A DNA stretch of 64,000 nt from the NCBI GenBank assembly GCA_050251945.1, contig JBFWLW010000005.1:170068-234067 (forward strand), read 5' to 3'. The notes below the pieces were generated by a model. It did no database searches. It was given only the letters and a program-made list of their open reading frames with translations, and had not been told where the DNA came from. The stretch comes from Deferribacterales bacterium (lineage in GTDB: Bacteria > Chrysiogenota > Deferribacteres > Deferribacterales > Geovibrionaceae). The position numbers and the translations under genes are program-made. Numbering within the stretch: the stretch's first letter is position 1; every line of letters begins with the position of its first letter. This document shows, piece after piece, positions 30,198-40,442 of the stretch.

Positions 30198-30539
30198 ATG
30201 GTCACTAATACTCCCGATATGCAAAGTCTGTTTGTTGAGGACAAAATAGCCCTTCTCAACAGGCTGAGTGCATTTTACAGAATGAGTGAGTTCTTTTTCG
30301 CACTGAACAGAGATACGGTGCGAACCGCAAACGATCATGACATTACAGTTGTGTCTCTGGATAAGAAACCTGAAAACGTTGGGCTGGCGGCAGATAAAAT
30401 CAAAGAAATATGCGAAAAATTGAAACTTCTGGATGTTATCAGCACCGATAACGGCAATATTGTGCGCAAAAAGAACCTTCTTCGTCAGAAGCTGTTAAGG
30501 CTTACTCAAAATATCAGTGAGAATAAGAATAATCTTTAG
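30198..30539 (+). CDS. hypothetical protein
   Basis: 113-aa ORF with a GGAG RBS filling the intergenic gap. No recognised family. Confidence 0.6.
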   Translation: MVTNTPDMQSLFVEDKIALLNRLSAFYRMSEFFFALNRDTVRTANDHDITVVSLDKKPENVGLAADKIKEICEKLKLLDVISTDNGNIVRKKNLLRQKLLRLTQNISENKNNL

Positions 30540-30630
30540 AGCATATCGCTTAAGAGATTTCGCATTACTCCCTCTTTTGTCTAAAGAGAGGCTTAAATTA
30601 AAAAATATCAAAATTAAATCAAATCGAATG

Positions 30631-30755
30631 AGATCGCTTCGTCGCTGTTATTCGGCAATAGTTAAAAATGGACTCATTCAGCCTTCGGCTGGTGCTCCTC
30701 GCGAAGACGTTTATTTCTTCCCGTCTCTGCGAACCCTGCATGGGTGAAGCAGTCT
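30631..30755. repeat. REP-like palindromic repeat pair (divergent dimer)
   Basis: Reverse unit 30631-30709 with an expanded interior, and forward unit 30722-30755 (CGTCTCTGCGAACCCTGCATGGGTGAAGCAGTCT). Confidence 0.8.
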
Positions 30756-30793
30756 CATCTTGATAATATGCGATATTATTTATGAAATATGCT

Positions 30794-31465
30794 TTAGCCT
30801 GCGGTTATGACTATACACGCCGCACCTGTTTTTTCACAGGCGCTTATCTTCTCTTTAAATCCGCCGGAATCGCCGGAAAGCTTCGTAACAAGTGCATCAG
30901 CTTCTATCTCACGCATGAGAGCGATGTTGAATTCTTCCGAAAAAGGACCCTGCATGGCGATTATTTGTTTGTATTCGGCACCAGCCAGCCTGCATTTTTC
31001 AATTGATTTTTCATAGGGTAGCACCCGTATGAGGCATTTATGAATAACGTCTTTAAAAGCGTCTATTCTGTTTGAGCCGATGGTGAGCAGTACTGACGAA
31101 AATTCTTTTGCCCTCTCTGCCGCCTCTTCGTATGACTCTACAATGATTATACCCTCGTAATCCGATTCCAGCTTCGGTATCCGCATGGCGTTTATGTAGG
31201 GTAAGCCGAGTTTTTCCGCAGTTTTAACCGCAAGCGCTGTAATGTTTTTTGCGAAAGGGTGGGTTGTGTCTGCAATGGCAGTTATGCCGTGTTCCAGTAT
31301 AAAAGCTGTCAGTGTGTCCTCGTCAAAACGTATGAGAACAGTCGGGAAATCATTTCTGAACGATTCATACCCGTATTGTGTGGCTACGCTCACCACATAA
31401 TCTTCGTTCAGGTTTTTTATATATTCGCGGGTGTCGGATGTTCCGCCAATTACAAGGGTTTTCAA
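30794..31465 (-). CDS. cbiJ: cobalt-precorrin-6A reductase
   Basis: Motifs IGGTSD, DTTHPFA, IIAMQGPFS and LVTKLSG. Confidence 0.92.
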   Translation of the reverse strand: MKTLVIGGTSDTREYIKNLNEDYVVSVATQYGYESFRNDFPTVLIRFDEDTLTAFILEHGITAIADTTHPFAKNITALAVKTAEKLGLPYINAMRIPKLESDYEGIIIVESYEEAAERAKEFSSVLLTIGSNRIDAFKDVIHKCLIRVLPYEKSIEKCRLAGAEYKQIIAMQGPFSEEFNIALMREIEADALVTKLSGDSGGFKEKISACEKTGAACIVITAG

Positions 31466-32190
31466 ACCGGATACCCTCTGGGCGTTATCATCTTTCCGTC
31501 TTTAATTATCGTTTTCTTACAGCCTACAATTACTATGGAAGACATATCAACGAAGTCAAAATCAAAGTCGGAAATTTTTGATATCTTTGCAGATTGCTGT
31601 TCGCGGAAGGCATTTTTCACAGTTCCTGTGATGAGGTCTCCGCGAGTGTCATAAAATGTTTTCAGAGCATATTCTATCTGCTGTGTGCGCTTCATGCTTT
31701 TCGGGTTATAGACTGCCGCCACGAAATCGCCTACGTTCACACCGTCTATGCGCTTTTTGATTATCTCCCAAGGGGTCAGAAGGTCGGACATGGAAATTAT
31801 GGCGAGATCGTCTGCAATGGGCGCGCCGAGTATTGCCGATGCCGCCATTGCCGCTGTCACGCCCGGTATAACCTCAATCTCAACCAAATGGTCGGCGAGC
31901 TGGTAAACCAGTGACGCAAGTGAATAAAGTGACGGGTCGCCACCGCATATAAGGCACACGTCATGTCCCTCTTTGGCGTATTGCAGAGCAGTTTCCGCCC
32001 GTTCCACTTCGCCCTTCATACCGCTGGTGAAAACCGGTTTTCCTGCGGGAATGATATCCGCCACCTGTTCAACGTACTTATCATAACCGCATACTGCCGT
32101 GCAGTTTTTTATGGCGTATTCCGCCTGTGCCGTCATAGTGTTCTTACCGTCGGGTCCTATGCCCGTGAGAAATATTTTTCCCATCATCAC
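31462..32190 (-). CDS. cbiH: precorrin-3B C17-methyltransferase
   Basis: Motifs GIGP, ISMSDLLTPWE, YNPKS and MITPRGY. Confidence 0.93.
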   Translation of the reverse strand: MMMGKIFLTGIGPDGKNTMTAQAEYAIKNCTAVCGYDKYVEQVADIIPAGKPVFTSGMKGEVERAETALQYAKEGHDVCLICGGDPSLYSLASLVYQLADHLVEIEVIPGVTAAMAASAILGAPIADDLAIISMSDLLTPWEIIKKRIDGVNVGDFVAAVYNPKSMKRTQQIEYALKTFYDTRGDLITGTVKNAFREQQSAKISKISDFDFDFVDMSSIVIVGCKKTIIKDGKMITPRGYPV

Positions 32191-32972
32191 TCCGAAAGAA
32201 ATAGGGTCATTTCCTTAGAAATTGCCACCGTAACATTTTCATATATAGTTTTTTTAAGTATCAATTGCGTATTGAATCCCGCCATAAGTGCGCACGGTTC
32301 CGCAACAGCGCGGATGCCTATATGTTTTGCCGCCGCCGTTTCATCAACAGCGTAAGGGCAATTGTGGAAAAGATGTTCAGGCAGAAACCGCAGGTAAATG
32401 CCAAGTTCGTCCGCCGCATCAATAAGCCCCTGTTCCTCTTGTTTGACCCATGCGGAGGCAATCAGCCGTATATCCGCAACAGCAATTTTTGCTTTGCCGC
32501 AAGCCGCTGTCAGTGCACTGATTATCTGTTCTTTTGACGTACCTTTGCGACAGCCGATGCCTGCAATGAAAAGCTTGTTCGCCTCTGTCGCAGTGGTTAT
32601 GACAGGAACTGCGCCCGTTAAAGATGCCACAATGTGCGCCAGCCTATTCGCTCCGCCTTCATGTCCGGAAAGGGCGCTGATGGCGTATCTGCCGACCTCG
32701 TCGCAAACAACGACGGCTGGGTCTTCATATTTACTGTCAAGGAGCGGGGATATCATACGGGTAGCTATCCCCTGCGCCATTACGGCAATTATTCCATCGT
32801 AATTTTCAAATAATTTTTCAAAACATTCTTTAAGGGAGGAATATCTTACAGCATCATATCCTGAAATTTTTTCAGATAGAAAGAGGTCATATTTCAGCCT
32901 TTCTGATATAAAATGCGCCTGTCCGGCACCCTTTTGGGTAACGGCAATAACGGCGAATTTACCTGTATTCAT
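32187..32972 (-). CDS. cbiG: cobalt-precorrin-5A hydrolase
   Basis: Motifs DPAVVV, LSGHEGGAN, PVITTAT, GIGCRKG and VAEPCA. Confidence 0.93.
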   Translation of the reverse strand: MNTGKFAVIAVTQKGAGQAHFISERLKYDLFLSEKISGYDAVRYSSLKECFEKLFENYDGIIAVMAQGIATRMISPLLDSKYEDPAVVVCDEVGRYAISALSGHEGGANRLAHIVASLTGAVPVITTATEANKLFIAGIGCRKGTSKEQIISALTAACGKAKIAVADIRLIASAWVKQEEQGLIDAADELGIYLRFLPEHLFHNCPYAVDETAAAKHIGIRAVAEPCALMAGFNTQLILKKTIYENVTVAISKEMTLFLSE

Positions 32973-33702
32973 GGCTGAAAGCCCTGTCGTACAGCTTTGA
33001 ATAGTTTTCCGGAGTGCCGCCTACAGCCTTGCCCACCAGAATCATGGTCTGCTTTGTCATGCCGTTCTTTTTCAGCGTTTTGTCGAGGTCATAAAGCACA
33101 CATCTGGCTATCTTCTGGTCTTCCCAGCTCGCTCTGTATACGAGAACTACGGGAGTGTCGGCGTTCCATCCGTTCTCTGTAAGAACTTTTGTTATATATT
33201 CGCCCTGACCTGCGGACAGAAAAAAAGCTATTGTTCCGCCGACGTTTGCGATATTTGAAAGCTCTTCGGGCATAGGTGTTCTGCCGGGCGTACGTGTTAT
33301 TGTTACTGTTTGGGATATTTCGGGCATCGTCAGTTCAACGTTTGCCGCCGCCGCCGATGCCGCCATGCTGGTTACGCCGGGGATGGTCTCGTATTCTATG
33401 CCGTGGCGGTTGAGTTCCGCCATCTGTTCGCCTGTGGCTCCGTAAAGCGATGGGTCGCCTGTGTGGACGCGGGCAACGTTTTTGCCGTCTTTATGCGCTT
33501 TTTTGATTATTTCTATTATTTCATCCAGATTCAGAGGGGCTGAATCGTGTATTTCCGCATCTTCGGAAGCATATTTGAGAATATCTGGGTTAACGAGGCT
33601 CCCCGCATAGATGATCACCTGACATTCACCTATGAGCCTTGCTCCTTTAACGGTTATAAGCTCCGCGTTGCCGGGTCCTGCGCCGATAAAATAGACTTTC
33701 AC
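32959..33702 (-). CDS. cbiF: precorrin-4 C11-methyltransferase
   Basis: Motifs GAGPG, YAGSLV, RVHTGDPSLYGA and SKLYD. Confidence 0.95.
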   Translation of the reverse strand: MKVYFIGAGPGNAELITVKGARLIGECQVIIYAGSLVNPDILKYASEDAEIHDSAPLNLDEIIEIIKKAHKDGKNVARVHTGDPSLYGATGEQMAELNRHGIEYETIPGVTSMAASAAAANVELTMPEISQTVTITRTPGRTPMPEELSNIANVGGTIAFFLSAGQGEYITKVLTENGWNADTPVVLVYRASWEDQKIARCVLYDLDKTLKKNGMTKQTMILVGKAVGGTPENYSKLYDRAFSHEYR

Positions 33703-34295
33703 TCTGTTTTCTCCTCCAGCACCAGAATGATTCTGGAAGTGCCGTAACTGCCTTTAAGCTCCGTATAAACCGCCTCTGATAGCAGGCTTACGTCGCAAAG
33801 TATATAAAAATTGAATTTTTCTGTTATCTGAGGGAATTTTTTAATTATCGCATCGGGAGAGTTTGCTTCGTCACAGAGGATTACGGTGGATTCTGCGGGA
33901 CATTCTTCAATAAGTTCCCTGCCGTGTACGGACATGAATCTGTATGAAAACCACATCTTTTTAAGCAGTGCGAAACCCGCACACATGGAGCTTACGCCTG
34001 CGATAACCTTTACGTTCTCAAACTCTTTGGTTATGAATCGCGAAAGACTGAAAAATCCCGCGTCGCCGGATACCAGAACGCCTATTTTTCTGTCGGGACA
34101 GTTTTTTATGAACTCAATGCTATCGGCGCGCATGTTTTTAGGTATATAGTGCGGTTTGTGCTTTGCGAAGGTTTCAACGGAATCCGTCATCCCTATTATC
34201 ATATCCTGTGCGTCGATAGCTTTAAGTCCGCGCAGGGTTATCATGTCGTGGTCGCCGGGACCGACGGAAATGACGGTTATTTCAGAGTCTTTCAC
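33699..34295 (-). CDS. cbiE: precorrin-6Y C5-methyltransferase (CbiE, not fused to CbiT)
   Basis: Motifs VGPGD, VLVSGDAGFFS, GVSS and SVHGR. Confidence 0.85.
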   Translation of the reverse strand: MKDSEITVISVGPGDHDMITLRGLKAIDAQDMIIGMTDSVETFAKHKPHYIPKNMRADSIEFIKNCPDRKIGVLVSGDAGFFSLSRFITKEFENVKVIAGVSSMCAGFALLKKMWFSYRFMSVHGRELIEECPAESTVILCDEANSPDAIIKKFPQITEKFNFYILCDVSLLSEAVYTELKGSYGTSRIILVLEEKTE

Positions 34296-35259
34296 CTTTC
34301 ATCCTCCCGTTCATGTCATAGAAGATAACAGAAACACGCGTAAAACCGTAGTCTTTTTCTATCTTCAGCGCAAGTTCATCCGCGATGAAGGACATGTCGA
34401 TATCAACCGATGTCAGTATTTCTTCCACGGTATTGAATTTATCTGTCAACCCCAGCCTGCCCGCCAGCCAGTCCGTTGCCATAGGTGAATTCTTCGAGTG
34501 GGTGTTGTAATATCCCATGAGTATCTTGCAGAGTTTTGCAGGGTGTCCCGCAACGTATATATTGCTGAAACCCTTTTGTTTCGCATAGTCAAAGGCTTCG
34601 TGTGCATAATTGCTCATTAATATCACAGGGATAGAGAAATATTTTTTCAGAAAATGCTTTTCGCCTATCTTGCCGGGCGTGAGGCATATGGTCTCTTTCT
34701 TTTCTCCGGCGGCAACGTCTATTTCGCATTTAATCGTTTCAATTATAGCATCAACGCTCATGGGGGTGACGATGCCTGTTGTGCCGATTATAGATATGCC
34801 GCCCACGACGCCTACCTTTTCATTGAAGGTTTCTTTTGCGATGCGTTCGCCGTCGGGCGCCCATATGGTTACTTTTGCACCTTTACCGTCAAGGAGTTTT
34901 CCGAGATTTTCCTTTATCATCTTTTCAGGAGCGGGGTTTATCGCATATCTGCCCACAGGAACCTGCAAGCCTTTTTTTGTCACGATACCTATACCTTTTC
35001 CGCCTGTGACCTCCACCGTTCCGGTGTCGTTCAGCTCGCAATCCGCATATATCCTCATTCCGTGGGTAACGTCGATATCGTCGCCGCCGTCCTTTACGGC
35101 ATAGAAAAAGCCTATGTCCCGATGCGCGGGTATATGCACGAGGGTGCCGTCGGGCAGAAATATATCGGCAGTTTCTATAATGCAGTTTGACAATTTAAAG
35201 ACACAAGATGCCCACGCCGCTGCGCAGGCTGTCGCACCTGTGGTGTAACCGTTTCTCAA
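34282..35259 (-). CDS. cbiD: cobalt-precorrin-5B C1-methyltransferase
   Basis: Motifs GYTTGATACAAA, KDGGDDIDVTHG and GGISIIGTTGIV. Confidence 0.95.
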   Translation of the reverse strand: MRNGYTTGATACAAAWASCVFKLSNCIIETADIFLPDGTLVHIPAHRDIGFFYAVKDGGDDIDVTHGMRIYADCELNDTGTVEVTGGKGIGIVTKKGLQVPVGRYAINPAPEKMIKENLGKLLDGKGAKVTIWAPDGERIAKETFNEKVGVVGGISIIGTTGIVTPMSVDAIIETIKCEIDVAAGEKKETICLTPGKIGEKHFLKKYFSIPVILMSNYAHEAFDYAKQKGFSNIYVAGHPAKLCKILMGYYNTHSKNSPMATDWLAGRLGLTDKFNTVEEILTSVDIDMSFIADELALKIEKDYGFTRVSVIFYDMNGRMKGERL

Positions 35260-35379
35260 TTAAGCTTTTCTCCGTTTGATAAAAACCTGTTAACTAATTT
35301 TATATAAACAAATAAAAGTGTCAACAGGTGCTTGAAAAATACCAGAAATATGTTACAGTCTTCAAGAGGATAAATTAGC

Positions 35380-36087
35380 ATGAAACCTGAAATGATAGTA
35401 GCTCTGGATTTTGACAGAGCGGATGCTGCGAAAAAAATAGTAGATATGACGGGTGATGCCGTCACATGGTATAAGGTAGGGCTTGAATTATTCGTTGCCG
35501 ACGGCAGGAACATCATCGAATACCTTAAGAAACAAGACAAAAAAATATTTCTCGATCTGAAATTTCACGATATTCAAAACACTGTTGTGTCTGCCGTACT
35601 TGCTTCTCTGCAATATGAGACGGAGATGGTGAACATGCACACTCAGGGCGGCGGCGATATGATGGCTTCCGTTGCGGAGCGTGTTTCGGAGCATTGCGCA
35701 AAAACTAATGTGAAGAAACCTCTGCTGATAGGCGTGACCCTGCTCACCAGTCTTGACGAAAAATACCTTCAGTCCATGAAAATAGGCTTCGCTCAGCCGA
35801 AGGATTACGTCCTGCATCTCGCGGCAATGGCTAAACAGAGTGGACTTGACGGCGTTGTCTCATCCGCAAAGGAGACTACTTTCATAAAAAATGCACTGGG
35901 CAGTGATTTCATCACCGTGACCCCCGGCATAAGACCTGCCGACGCATCCGTCGACGACCAGAAAAGGGTTGTCACCCCCAAAGACGCAAAGAATATGGGA
36001 ACTGATTATATAGTTATTGGCAGACCTGTGACGCAGGCGAAAGATCCGGCACAGGCTGCGCTTAAAATATTGGAGGAACTGAATTGA
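35380..36087 (+). CDS. pyrF: orotidine-5'-phosphate decarboxylase
   Basis: Motifs VALD, FLDLKFHDI and VTPGIRP. Confidence 0.96.
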   Translation: MKPEMIVALDFDRADAAKKIVDMTGDAVTWYKVGLELFVADGRNIIEYLKKQDKKIFLDLKFHDIQNTVVSAVLASLQYETEMVNMHTQGGGDMMASVAERVSEHCAKTNVKKPLLIGVTLLTSLDEKYLQSMKIGFAQPKDYVLHLAAMAKQSGLDGVVSSAKETTFIKNALGSDFITVTPGIRPADASVDDQKRVVTPKDAKNMGTDYIVIGRPVTQAKDPAQAALKILEELN

Positions 36088-36659
36088 ACGCAGAGCAGGT
36101 ACTGGAACTTTACAGAAAACACAACGCACTTCTGGAGGGACACTTTCTTCTCTCCTCCGGTCTTCATTCCGATAAATTTCTTCAGTCGGAACTCATCATG
36201 CAGCACCCCTGCGAAGTTGAGGCTGTCATAGCAGAGCTTGTGGAAAAGCTCGGCGGTGTTGAGTTCGATGTTGTCGTAAGCCCCGCTATAGGCGGAATCC
36301 GTTTCGGATATGAGCTTGCGCGTCAGATGAAAAAGCGTACATTGTTTACGGAGAGAGTCGACGGAACAATGATGCTGCGCAGGGGCTTTTCTATAGCAAA
36401 AGGCGAAAAGGTGCTTCTGGCTGAGGATGTTATAACCACCGGAAAATCAACTAAAGAGTGTATCAACGCCTGCATAAACGCCGGCGGAGATGTTGTAGCA
36501 GTTACCTGCCTTATAGACAGAAGCGGCGGGAAAGCTGAGTTTGATCAACCTTTTATCCCGCTTGTGCAACTTGACGTACAGACGTTTGATCCGTCAGTGT
36601 GTCCTATGTGCAAAGAGGGAACACCCGCTTATAAACCCGGCAGCAGAAACATAAAATAA
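36084..36659 (+). CDS. pyrE: orotate phosphoribosyltransferase
   Basis: Motifs GHFLLSSGLHS, EDVITTG and KPGSR. Confidence 0.95.
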   Translation: MNAEQVLELYRKHNALLEGHFLLSSGLHSDKFLQSELIMQHPCEVEAVIAELVEKLGGVEFDVVVSPAIGGIRFGYELARQMKKRTLFTERVDGTMMLRRGFSIAKGEKVLLAEDVITTGKSTKECINACINAGGDVVAVTCLIDRSGGKAEFDQPFIPLVQLDVQTFDPSVCPMCKEGTPAYKPGSRNIK

Positions 36660-36760
36660 TAGCCGTTAAGTTTTTTTTTATTTTTACGAACGTAATTTTG
36701 TGGTACAATCTTTCTCTTTTAAGTAAGATTGTACATGTTTAAACACAACCACCGGGGATT

Positions 36761-37432
36761 TTGGCTTTGGAAAAACTTGTAAAGTTTGATAAATTTATAT
36801 CTATCAATCAGAAGCTGCTGATAGAGGTGAAGGTGGGGGATTATCCCGGGATATTCGATTCCCGTATAGAGGATGTCGCCCACAAAGAACATATCATGGT
36901 GTCCATGCCCACCAGCAAGGGGCGGACGGTGCCTTTGGCTCCCAACACCCGTCTGCACGTTTCATATGTTATGGACATGGGCAGGTTCACCTTTAAAAGC
37001 GTAGTGCTTGACAGACTGAAAAGCGGCACCATGATGCTTTTGAAAATTGCATATCCTGATGCCGTGTTCCGAGAGGAGCTCAGAGCTTTTTTCCGTGTTG
37101 ATACCCGTTTAAGTATTAAGGCTACGGTTCCTGTGAAAAAGGACGATATATGGCTTGAGAAGCTTGTTGAAGCCAAAGTTACAGATATGTCCGGCGGCGG
37201 GCTTAAAATGTTTACCGACATTCCCGTTGCAAAAGATGCTACAATAGAAATATTTTTTATGGGACACATCGAGAAGCTGGATCAGGTCAAGGCGCAGGTG
37301 ATGCGCTGCCGCTCTGTTGAAGGCAAATTTGAAATTGGCGTAAAGTTTGTGGATTTACACCAGACGGACAGGGACAGAATAATAAAATACGTCTTCAAAC
37401 GTCAGGTGGAGCAGCGGAAGCTGCTTGGCTAG
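36761..37432 (+). CDS. PilZ-domain flagellar brake (YcgR/DgrA-like) protein
   Basis: LRAFFR (RxxxR) and DMSGGG c-di-GMP-binding motifs. Confidence 0.85.
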   Translation: MALEKLVKFDKFISINQKLLIEVKVGDYPGIFDSRIEDVAHKEHIMVSMPTSKGRTVPLAPNTRLHVSYVMDMGRFTFKSVVLDRLKSGTMMLLKIAYPDAVFREELRAFFRVDTRLSIKATVPVKKDDIWLEKLVEAKVTDMSGGGLKMFTDIPVAKDATIEIFFMGHIEKLDQVKAQVMRCRSVEGKFEIGVKFVDLHQTDRDRIIKYVFKRQVEQRKLLG

Positions 37433-37443
37433 GAGGGGGTTTT

Positions 37444-37788
37444 ATGGCATTTAACAGTGAAATGCTAATTTTCGGCGAAAAAAATGTTGAAGTTCTCTAC
37501 CCCATGCACGAAATAGACTCATACAACGGGGATGAGATGAAAACCCACATCCGCTCCAATATGGACGGGTCAGACGCCGTTATAATAAACTGTTCCCGCG
37601 TGACATATCTGAACAGCAGCGGACTGCGCGAGCTTATCCAGATACTTAAAAATATGAGAGAGCTGAACAAGCCGCTCTATCTTACAGCCGTGAATGAAGA
37701 GATCATGAAGGTTTTTAAAAGTACAAACCTGAACAGGCTTTTCAACATACACGAAAACAACGACGACGCTATGCGTTATATCATCTAA
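37444..37788 (+). CDS. STAS-domain anti-sigma factor antagonist
   Basis: VTYLNSSGLREL phospho-Ser motif. Confidence 0.85.
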   Translation: MAFNSEMLIFGEKNVEVLYPMHEIDSYNGDEMKTHIRSNMDGSDAVIINCSRVTYLNSSGLRELIQILKNMRELNKPLYLTAVNEEIMKVFKSTNLNRLFNIHENNDDAMRYII

Positions 37789-37804
37789 AAATACAGAGTG
37801 TATC

Positions 37805-38881
37805 TTGACCGAAAAATTCTATATCGATTCCCACTGTCTTCAAGGACTTAAAGATTTTGCCGTGTCCATGGGCTTTGAAAAGTTCCGCGGCGAACAGATA
37901 TATAAATGGGCGCATAACCGCGGCAGTGAAAATATCGCTGAAATGACAGACCTTTCAGCTGCTATCCGTCAGAAACTTGCGGATATTGCCGTGTTTACCG
38001 TTATGGAAGTAGTGGCGGCACAGCGTTCGGAGCAGGACGGCTCCGTAAAAGTGCTTTTCAGGCTGGAAGACGGCGAGCATATCGAATCCGTTATCCTTAA
38101 CGACGGAAAGCGCTATACAGCATGCATCTCTTCACAGGTGGGCTGCCGCATGGGCTGTGTGTTCTGTTCGACAGCTTCCATGGGGCTTAAACGCAACCTC
38201 ACTGTCGGTGAGATTCTGAAACAGGTCAAACGTCTTAACGAGATACTGGCACAGCAGGATGAAAAACTCACCAACCTTGTCTTCATGGGCATGGGCGAGC
38301 CGCTTGACAACACTGACAACGTTCTGGAGGCGCTGACGGTGCTTCTTGACGACAACGGCTACGGTTTTTCCCACAGGAAGATAACAGTTTCAACCTGCGG
38401 CGTGACCGACAGTATAAAAAAACTGTTTTCCATAGATACGCCTGTCAACCTCGCGGTTTCCATTAACGCATCAACACAGGAAAAAAGAAAGGGCATCATG
38501 CCCATATCCAATAAATTCCCGCTTGCCGAGCTTGTGAAAACGCTGAAAGAACTGCCTATTCAGAAACGCAAAAGCGTGACCATCGAATATGTGCTTCTGA
38601 AAGGCGTCAACGACACCATTGAGGATGCGCAGAATCTTGCTAAACTCCTCAAAGGTCTTGATAGGCTCAAGGTAAATCTTATATTGTACAACGCCGGTGC
38701 TGATAAAGAGTTTAAAGCGCCTGACCAAAAAGATGCTTTAAAGTTTCAGCAATATCTGATAAATAACAGGATAGGCGTTTTCATCAGAAAGAGCCTCGGA
38801 AGTGATATTGACGGAGCCTGCGGTCAGCTGCGGGCGAATTACACGAAAGAAGGTGGGAAAGATGGCGGAAAAACTCCTTGA
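37805..38881 (+). CDS. rlmN: dual-specificity RNA methyltransferase RlmN
   Basis: Motifs CISSQVGCRMGCVFC, MGMGEP and DIDGACGQL. Confidence 0.96.
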   Translation: MTEKFYIDSHCLQGLKDFAVSMGFEKFRGEQIYKWAHNRGSENIAEMTDLSAAIRQKLADIAVFTVMEVVAAQRSEQDGSVKVLFRLEDGEHIESVILNDGKRYTACISSQVGCRMGCVFCSTASMGLKRNLTVGEILKQVKRLNEILAQQDEKLTNLVFMGMGEPLDNTDNVLEALTVLLDDNGYGFSHRKITVSTCGVTDSIKKLFSIDTPVNLAVSINASTQEKRKGIMPISNKFPLAELVKTLKELPIQKRKSVTIEYVLLKGVNDTIEDAQNLAKLLKGLDRLKVNLILYNAGADKEFKAPDQKDALKFQQYLINNRIGVFIRKSLGSDIDGACGQLRANYTKEGGKDGGKTP

Positions 38882-39326
38882 AGAGGGTATGACCGCTCCC
38901 GATTTCAGCCTTGAAGGCGACGACGGGAACACATACAGCCTTGCATCATTCAAAGGGAAAAAGCTGGTTCTGTATTTCTATCCGAAAGACAACACCTCCG
39001 GCTGTACGAAAGAAGGGATCGCTTTCACTCAGGTGAAGGATGATTTCGGCGGGAAAAATGCCGTTATCGTGGGCGTCAGTCCCGACAGCATAAAAAGTCA
39101 CCTGAATTTCAAAGAAAAACATTCTCTCGGCATTCTTCTTTTAAGCGACCCCGACCGCCTTGCTGCCGCTGCGTACGGCGCATACGGCGAGAAGAAGATG
39201 TACGGCAAATCCGTTATGGGTATAATACGTTCCACGTTTGTTATAGATGAAAACGGTAAACTGGAAAAAGCGTTCCGCAATGTCAAGGTTGACGGACACG
39301 CGGAAAAAGTGATGTGTGTACTTTGA
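38862..39326 (+). CDS. bcp: peroxiredoxin Q / BCP
   Basis: Motifs YFYPKDNTSGCT and RSTFVID. Confidence 0.93.
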   Translation: MAEKLLEEGMTAPDFSLEGDDGNTYSLASFKGKKLVLYFYPKDNTSGCTKEGIAFTQVKDDFGGKNAVIVGVSPDSIKSHLNFKEKHSLGILLLSDPDRLAAAAYGAYGEKKMYGKSVMGIIRSTFVIDENGKLEKAFRNVKVDGHAEKVMCVL

Positions 39327-39553
39327 TGAGTAACGAAAAATTTGAAGATAAACTGAAAAAACTGGAAGAGATAGTCGAGCGGCTGGAAAGCGGCGAAGTT
39401 GAGATTGAAGAGAACCTTAAACTCTTTCAGGAGGGCATGAAGCTGGGCAAGGAATGCCGCAAAATGCTTGATGATATCGAGTCCAAGGTCAGCCGGGTGC
39501 TTTCGGCAGAGGGCGACGAAGTTAAAACGGAGCAGTTTGATGAGCCGCTTTGA
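39326..39553 (+). CDS. xseB: exodeoxyribonuclease VII small subunit
   Basis: FEDKLKKLEEIVERLESG. xseB-ispA-dxs synteny. Confidence 0.93.
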   Translation: MSNEKFEDKLKKLEEIVERLESGEVEIEENLKLFQEGMKLGKECRKMLDDIESKVSRVLSAEGDEVKTEQFDEPL

Positions 39554-40439
39554 CATGAAAGGCTACCTCGGTTTCTGGGGCGTCAAGGTTGAGGAATTCT
39601 TTGAAAGCTATATGCAGCCACACGACCCCCATACGAAAAATCTTATGCAGGCAATGCGCTACAGCCTTTTCGCAGGCGGAAAACGTATCCGTCCGGCTCT
39701 TGTCTATTCGGCATACGGCATATTCGAGGGGTATTTTGATAAAGTAACCCCGTTTGCGTCGGCGGTTGAGATGCTCCATACCTATTCGCTGATACACGAT
39801 GACCTTCCCGCCATGGACGACGACGATTTCCGCAGGGGAAAACCAACTAACCATAAAGTGTTCGGCGAAGCCACCGCTATCCTCGCTGGTGACGGACTGC
39901 TTACGAAGGCTTTTGAGGTTATGTGCGACAAAAAGCTGAACCCGGACGTTACGCCAGAACAGATGATTGAGGCGGCTTTTAAGCTTGCCGACGCAACAGG
40001 CGACAAGGGGATGGTCGGCGGACAGATAGCCGATATGGAAGCGGAAAACGGCATATTTGACGGAGCGGCGGTGGATTTCATCCATAGCCACAAAACGTCC
40101 AGACTGCTTGCATACTGCTGTGAACTGGGTGCTATACTCGGTTTCGGCAACGAAGACGATAAAAAGCGTCTCTACGAATACGGAATGCGTATCGGGCTGG
40201 CGTTTCAGATAGTTGACGATATCCTTGACATCACCTCCACAACGGAGGAACTTGGAAAGGACGCAGGAAGCGACGTTGAGAACGGAAAGGCGACCTATCC
40301 TGCCGTTCACGGCATCGAGGATTCCCACCGCAAAGCAGAACTTCTCATTGAAGAGGCTTTGCAGATAATCTCCGTTTACGGAAGCACGGCAGACCCATGC
40401 CGTGAAATTGCCAAATTTATAATTGAGAGAAAAAATTAA
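39540..40439 (+). CDS. ispA: geranyltranstransferase / FPP synthase
   Basis: Motifs GGKRIRP, HDDLPAMDDDDFRRG and FQIVDDILD. Confidence 0.95.
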   Translation: MSRFDMKGYLGFWGVKVEEFFESYMQPHDPHTKNLMQAMRYSLFAGGKRIRPALVYSAYGIFEGYFDKVTPFASAVEMLHTYSLIHDDLPAMDDDDFRRGKPTNHKVFGEATAILAGDGLLTKAFEVMCDKKLNPDVTPEQMIEAAFKLADATGDKGMVGGQIADMEAENGIFDGAAVDFIHSHKTSRLLAYCCELGAILGFGNEDDKKRLYEYGMRIGLAFQIVDDILDITSTTEELGKDAGSDVENGKATYPAVHGIEDSHRKAELLIEEALQIISVYGSTADPCREIAKFIIERKN

Positions 40440-40442
40440 TAT

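Noticed and set aside
30571..30591. CCTCTTT...AAAGAGAGG hairpin as a second repeat family
   Set aside because: Only one copy seen. It is more simply a terminator-like hairpin after the 30198-30539 ORF.
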